A stretch of DNA of 11,074 bases from Vulcanimicrobiota bacterium (GTDB taxonomy: Bacteria > Vulcanimicrobiota > Vulcanimicrobiia > Vulcanimicrobiales > Vulcanimicrobiaceae), in assembly GCA_003135555.1 (NCBI GenBank), contig PLCF01000012.1, positions 1 through 11,074 on the forward strand, given 5' to 3'. Shown piece by piece: positions 7,223 through 11,074 of the stretch. Made by a program: the position numbers and the translations under genes. Numbering within the stretch: the first letter of the stretch is position 1; each line of letters begins with the position of its first letter. The notes under the pieces are model-generated. The model was given only the letters and a program-made list of their open reading frames with translations, searched no databases and was not told the DNA's origin.

Positions 7223-7872
7223 CGCTCGGCGCTCGCGGGCTGCAGCGTGCGCAGGTAGTAGGCGAAAATTCCGCTGCCCAGCCCGATGACGACGAGCGAA
7301 TCGAGGATGAAGCGCGTCGTGAGCTCGCCGCGCAGGAAGGTCGCCACGACCCAGATCCCGTCGCCGAGGGTCACCAGTCCGGCGATGACGAGCGCGATGT
7401 AGGTCAGCCAGGCACGCACGCCCGAGTCGATCGCGTCGGGACGGCGCTGCAGCTCGCGGCCGATCAACCGCGCGACGAGCAGGAAGCACGGGAAGGCGAC
7501 GATGATCGTGGCGAGCTGCCAGGCGATCTCGTTCATGGCGAAGTTGCGGTAGTACGGGTTGGCCGCATCGGGGAAGACGTGGGCGATGAGCGTGACGAAG
7601 ATCTGGCCCAGCGCCACCGACCAAAAGCCCAGCGTGATGAAGTTGAGCAGGTACAAGAACGCGTCGCTCGCATTCTCGCCGCGCGCGCTGCGGCGCGGCG
7701 GCGCCATGCCGAGCGCTTCGCCGTAGTAGGCCGTCAGCCGGTCGTAGATGCGCCGGTCCGACCAGCCGTTCTGGCGCAGCAGCGGCACGAGCGCGTCATC
7801 GGGGACGTCGCGTCCTTTGGCAGTGCGGATGAAGCCGTCGAGGTCGTCGAGGGACGTAGCAGCGTGTGTCAT
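7219..7872 (-). CDS. DUF5671-like integral membrane protein, 217 aa
   Basis: Start re-called to ATG at 7872. Small helical N-domain ('LLRQNGWSDRRI') followed by about 4 hydrophobic segments with 'DAFLYLLNFITL', 'IIVAFP', 'SGVRAWLTYIAL', 'FLRGELTTRFIL', 'IFAYYL'. Confidence 0.75.
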   Translation of the reverse strand: MTHAATSLDDLDGFIRTAKGRDVPDDALVPLLRQNGWSDRRIYDRLTAYYGEALGMAPPRRSARGENASDAFLYLLNFITLGFWSVALGQIFVTLIAHVFPDAANPYYRNFAMNEIAWQLATIIVAFPCFLLVARLIGRELQRRPDAIDSGVRAWLTYIALVIAGLVTLGDGIWVVATFLRGELTTRFILDSLVVIGLGSGIFAYYLRTLQPASAER

Positions 7873-7878
7873 GCCGCC

Positions 7879-7884
7879 ACCGTA
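7879..7884 (-). promoter_or_regulatory. Candidate -10 box of a leaderless transcript
   Basis: TACGGT (TAnnnT) followed by 6 nt (GGCGGC) and then the ATG at 7872; no Shine-Dalgarno visible. Confidence 0.45.
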
Positions 7885-8023
7885 GCGCGGCGGCGGTTCG
7901 GGCGGCGTCCGTAGTTCTACGTAACCTCCGCCTTCAAGAGGCGATCCATTTTCGCATAGACTGCACGCAGCCGCATATGCCGCCTTGTGGGCATCACCGC
8001 GCGCGTGATACCGTCGGCGTGAA

Positions 8024-8521
8024 ATGGTTCGAACCACGGCGAGAAGCTGCCCAATGAGCACAGGGGTCGGTCACGGATCCCTGCGGACCGCAATCGCGGT
8101 AAACATGCGGCCCTGGTCCCGCGACCGTGGCAGCGTCGGCGCGCGGATCCGGTACGAGTTTCTGCGCGCCGACGGTACGTGGTCCTCGCACCTGGCCGAC
8201 GTGTCGTACATGTCGTTTGCGCGCCGTCCGTTGGGAGGTGACGACGACGCGCAGCGCAAGGACAACGCACCCGATATCGCCGTCGAGATCGTCTCTCCGG
8301 GCGATCGCCCGTCGCGCATCCGTCGGAAAGTCGAAACGTTCTTGGAGTACGGCTCAACCGTGGTGTTGGTATTGTACCCAGAGCGACGGCACGCTGTGAT
8401 GCACCGGGCCGACGGGAGCGTCGAGGAGCGCGCAGCGCGTGGGCAGTGGGTCCTCGAGCCGTTTGGCGATCTTGTGCTCGACTGGGACGATATCTTCTAC
8501 CAGATCGATCTCAGCCGCTGA
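8024..8521 (+). pseudogene. Uma2 (DUF820) family PD-(D/E)xK-like endonuclease, probably 5'-damaged/degenerate
   Basis: 'APDIAVEIVSPGD', 'RRKVETFLEYGSTVVLVLYP' and C-terminal 'LVLDWDDIF' are Uma2 signatures. The usual N-terminal 'E..DG.l..m' segment is missing in frame, PDV reads ADV, and no clear RBS is present. Family confidence is high; pseudogene status and start are uncertain. Confidence 0.55.
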
Positions 8522-8545
8522 GCGCGAGGTTCGCGAGGCGAAGCG

Positions 8546-9829
8546 CTATGCCGCTAGCCGCGACTCGCCGAGTTCCTCGAGGCTCTTGCCGCGGGTCTCC
8601 TCGCCGAGGACGAGCACGACGAGCGCGCCGGCGAGCATGACGAACGCGAACACCACGAAGACGTTGTAGGGAGCGCCGAAGCGGTTCAGCATCAGGCCGA
8701 CGAGCCAGGGCGAGAACGCGCCGACGAGTCGGCCTGCGCCGGCGGCGAGCCCCGCACCGCTGGCGCGAATCGACGTCGGATATTGCTCGGGCGTGTAGGT
8801 GTAGGTGACGCCCCAAGCGCCGAGGTTGAAGAACGCGATGACGGCGCCGAAGGCGATGACGGCAACGACCGACGGCGACGGCGCGAGCGTCGCGTTGGCG
8901 AAAAAGAACGAACCGATCGCGGCGCAGGTGAGAAACGTCACCAGGGTCGCCTTGCGGCCGAGCCGGTCGACCAGCGCGGCGGCGGCGTAGTATCCCGGGA
9001 TCTGGAAGATCGCGATCGCGAGCGTGAGCCACAGCGACTCGGACAGCGTGAACCCTTTGGTCCCCAGCAGGCTCGGCAGCCACGTGAAGATCCCGTAGTA
9101 CGAGAACACGAGCGCGATCCACAGCAGCCACAGCATCGCGGTGCGCCGGGCGAACGCGGGCGCGAACAGGTCGCCCAGACCCGCGCGGACCGCGGGCGGC
9201 TTCGTCTCGTACGCGATCCCCGCGATGCGTGCCACCTCGCGCGCCTCGGCGCCGCGCCCTTGCGCGAGCAAATAGCGCGGCGATTCGGGGATCGCGCGCC
9301 GGATCACGAACACGTACAGCGCGGGCAGCATCCCGATCAGTAGTGCGGTGCGCCAGCCGGCCGCCGGCACGACGACGGCACCGATCAACGCTGCGAGCAC
9401 GCTACCGTAGGCCCAGAAACTCTCGAGCATCACGATGGTGCGTCCGCGGTGCGCGGTGGGCGCGAACTCGCTGACCAAGGTGCTCGCGACGGGCAGCTCG
9501 CCGCCCAGTCCGAGTCCAGCGAAGAACCGGATCAGGGCCAGCGCTCCCGCCGACCAGGCTAGCGCCGAGACGCCGGACAGGAGGCTGTAGGCGAGCAAGG
9601 TCCACGTGAATACGGCTTTGCGTCCAAAGCGATCGGCGACGATTCCGCTCAGCGCCGCTCCCAAGAACATCCCGAGCAGGTTGGCCGTGATGATCGCGCC
9701 GACGGCCGGTTTGGAGAGGCCCCACTCGCGCCCGGCGGCCGCCACCACCGCACCGACCAACAACAGGTCCAGCGCATCGAAGAGCCAGCCGCCGCCCGCG
9801 GCCAGGAGCAATCGCCGTTGAAACGTCAT
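8546..9829 (-). CDS. niaP: MFS transporter, NiaP/YceI-like niacin/nicotinamide transporter, 427 aa
   Basis: Start re-called to ATG at 9829 (ATGA overlap with the nadQ stop). 'GWLFDALD', 'ADRFGRK', 'GLGLGGELPVASTLVSE', 'RGRTIVMLESFWAYG', 'PESPRYL', 'FSYYGIFTWLP', 'YTPEQYPTSIRASG' match the B. subtilis YceI/NiaP pattern. Context with nadQ supports the substrate call. Confidence 0.82.
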   Translation of the reverse strand: MTFQRRLLLAAGGGWLFDALDLLLVGAVVAAAGREWGLSKPAVGAIITANLLGMFLGAALSGIVADRFGRKAVFTWTLLAYSLLSGVSALAWSAGALALIRFFAGLGLGGELPVASTLVSEFAPTAHRGRTIVMLESFWAYGSVLAALIGAVVVPAAGWRTALLIGMLPALYVFVIRRAIPESPRYLLAQGRGAEAREVARIAGIAYETKPPAVRAGLGDLFAPAFARRTAMLWLLWIALVFSYYGIFTWLPSLLGTKGFTLSESLWLTLAIAIFQIPGYYAAAALVDRLGRKATLVTFLTCAAIGSFFFANATLAPSPSVVAVIAFGAVIAFFNLGAWGVTYTYTPEQYPTSIRASGAGLAAGAGRLVGAFSPWLVGLMLNRFGAPYNVFVVFAFVMLAGALVVLVLGEETRGKSLEELGESRLAA

Positions 9830-10731
9830 CGTGCCGGTGAGTTTATACTCACACGGAGTATATTCCTCTCGGCGACGACGTCCCGCCGGAAGCGGTAGAG
9901 CTCGGCCGGGCGTCCGGGGCCCTCCGCCGCGCGCCGGCCGGTCGCCTCGACCAGCTTCGCGCCGACCACGAGGCGCCGGAAGTTGCCCTTGTGGAGCCGC
10001 ACGCCGGCCAGCGCCTCGACCGTGCGCTGCAGCCGGAACAACGTGAAGTCGGCGGGGAGGAGCTCGAACACGACCGGCCGGTATCCCAGTGCCCCCCGGA
10101 CGCGGCCGATCGCGGTCGCCAGGATGCGCCGATGGTCGCCCGCCATGGCCTGGCCGAGGACGGGGCCGCGCGGCGCTCGCGACTCGGCGACCAGCCCGAC
10201 CTCCCAAAAGAGCTCGTACCGGTCCAGCACCAGCTCGGGGTTCCAACCGGCTTTCCGCGTCCCCGTACACTGTCGCGCGCGGCGCTCGCGCAGCCGGCGT
10301 TCTTCGCTGCCCGCCGCCGCGACCCAGGCCTCGACCGCGGGCCGGATCACCTCGTCCACGAGCGCGGGCCGCCCTTGGCGCCAGTCCTCCCACGGGAAGT
10401 AGTCGTACCACGCGCGCCATCGGGCCGGGCCCGCCGGCGGGCTCTCCCGCACGAACGCCAGATAGGCGATCGAGAGCATGCGCGACCCATCGGAGCGTTG
10501 CGGATCCCGATCGCGATCCCCGAACGTGTACAGCTGCTCGACGTGTCCGAGCTGGAGTTGCGTCTGCTCGGTCACCCACCGCCGCAGCCCCACCTCGAGC
10601 GTGCGATCCACATCCGGATCGAACAGGCCGGCCGGCAGCGTCCCCTCAGGTGCGCGCACCAAGACCCGCGGTTCCTCATCGGAGACCGCCACGATGACGG
10701 CGTCGAGCGCGACGGCAAGGTCGGTCGGCAC
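9826..10731 (-). CDS. nadQ: NadQ-type (COG4111) Nudix-like/winged-helix NAD biosynthesis regulator, 301 aa
   Basis: '[10 protein letters not shown]', '[12 protein letters not shown]', '[11 protein letters not shown]', '[13 protein letters not shown]', '[12 protein letters not shown]', '[20 protein letters not shown]', '[10 protein letters not shown]', '[11 protein letters not shown]'. The FPWEDWR/RYEL insertion distinguishes NadQ from ordinary NrtR. Confidence 0.88.
   Translation of the reverse strand: MPTDLAVALDAVIVAVSDEEPRVLVRAPEGTLPAGLFDPDVDRTLEVGLRRWVTEQTQLQLGHVEQLYTFGDRDRDPQRSDGSRMLSIAYLAFVRESPPAGPARWRAWYDYFPWEDWRQGRPALVDEVIRPAVEAWVAAAGSEERRLRERRARQCTGTRKAGWNPELVLDRYELFWEVGLVAESRAPRGPVLGQAMAGDHRRILATAIGRVRGALGYRPVVFELLPADFTLFRLQRTVEALAGVRLHKGNFRRLVVGAKLVEATGRRAAEGPGRPAELYRFRRDVVAERNILRVSINSPAR
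9843..9863. promoter_or_regulatory. Putative NadQ operator palindrome
   Basis: TTATACTCA-CAC-GGAGTATAT with perfect core TATACTC-N5-GAGTATA (9844-9862). AT-rich island 14 nt upstream of the niaP ATG. Resembles the recalled NadQ consensus TTATRCTCA-N3-TGAGYATAA with 2 mismatches. Confidence 0.8.
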
Positions 10732-10818
10732 ACCCCCGGGGTTCGCTCGCGACGACCGCCGTCCCGCGCGTCGTTCGAGAAACGCCAGGCTCCGTGGATG
10801 CTGTCACTCGCCTCTGGG

Positions 10819-10847
10819 TTGACGGTAAGCGCAAAGGCCGGTACACT
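10819..10847 (+). promoter_or_regulatory. Housekeeping sigma70-type promoter for rplC
   Basis: TTGACG (10819-10824), 17-nt spacer, TACACT (10842-10847). Confidence 0.8.
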
Positions 10848-10858
10848 ATCCCGGTTGT

Positions 10859-10921
10859 GGTCCGCGTCGCGGGCGCCATTTCGGCGTGCGTGGCGAGAGG
10901 TGTAGAAGATACGCCAGGGCC
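10859..10921 (+). promoter_or_regulatory. Structured 5' leader of rplC (candidate ribosomal-protein leader)
   Basis: Hand-folded: hairpin 10865-10877/10883-10895, hairpin 10899-10904/10910-10915, closing stem 10859-10863/10917-10921. Confidence 0.4.
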
Positions 10922-10933
10922 CGTGGATATCCG

Positions 10934-10940
10934 TAAGGGA
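10934..10940 (+). promoter_or_regulatory. Shine-Dalgarno of rplC
   Basis: TAAGGGA, 9 nt upstream of the GTG at 10950. Confidence 0.65.
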
Positions 10941-10949
10941 TCGATCAAC

Positions 10950-11074
10950 GTGAAGAACATCATCGGCCGCAAGGTCGGGATGACCAGCGTGTTCACGGAA
11001 GACGGCCGGAGCGTTCCGGTCACCGTGATCCAAGCCGGTCCGTGTACCGTGGTGCAAAAGAAGACGAAGGAAAC
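10950..11074 (+). CDS. rplC: 50S ribosomal protein L3, 5' part (truncated by the window edge)
   Basis: Not in the ORF track. Translates as [41 protein letters not shown], the classic L3 N-terminus (G.K.GMT..F...G...PVTVI.AGPC.V.Q). Confidence 0.97.
   Translation, partial: MKNIIGRKVGMTSVFTEDGRSVPVTVIQAGPCTVVQKKTKE

Noticed and set aside
7910..7921. Small palindrome CGTAG-TT-CTACG
   Set aside because: Only 5 bp with a 2-nt spacer; no supporting context and compatible with chance.
6753..8061. Long upstream extensions of ORFs 5529..7190, 6749..7624 and 7219..8061 (apparent fusions/overlaps)
   Set aside because: Extensions run out of frame through neighbouring genes; ATGA overlaps and family similarity define shorter starts at 6752, 7222 and 7872.
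8522..8545. Hairpin CGCGA-GGT-TCGCG between convergent Uma2 and niaP
   Set aside because: 5-bp stem without a U-tract on either strand; insufficient to call a terminator.
9830..10579. 677-aa ORF suggesting a regulator-MFS fusion
   Set aside because: The extra 250 aa are an alternative frame of nadQ with low-complexity Arg/Gly/Pro content; the MFS begins at ATG 9829.
9991..11057. ORFs 9991..10905 (+), 10089..10697 (+), 10572..11057 (-), 10676..11023 (-)
   Set aside because: Shadows of nadQ and rplC that cross the promoter region; no recognisable domains.
1..11074. CRISPR arrays, tRNA/rRNA genes, IS elements or long tandem repeats
   Set aside because: None seen by eye; the window is almost fully occupied by protein-coding genes with intergenic gaps of about 220 bp or less.

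Overview
GC-rich bacterial chromosomal window, densely coding, with no CRISPR, rRNA, tRNA or transposase recognisable. Left to right: a terminator-like hairpin, then an SRPBCC/START-like gene. Next is a divergent five-gene putative peptide-ligation/deconjugation locus: a circularly permuted ATP-grasp type 2, an alpha-E protein and a transglutaminase on the - strand, and two more transglutaminase-like genes on the + strand, with no Anbu/NTN peptidase in the locus. A translationally coupled - strand operon follows (DUF5671 membrane protein, small pilin-like partner, glutaryl-CoA-dehydrogenase-like ACAD), then a probably 5'-damaged Uma2 nuclease gene. After that comes a nadQ-niaP unit with a NadQ-type palindrome inside the 3' end of nadQ, directly in front of the transporter. 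The window ends with a sigma70-type promoter and structured leader driving rplC as first gene, with no rpsJ upstream. All family calls come from motif recognition by eye; no database search was run.
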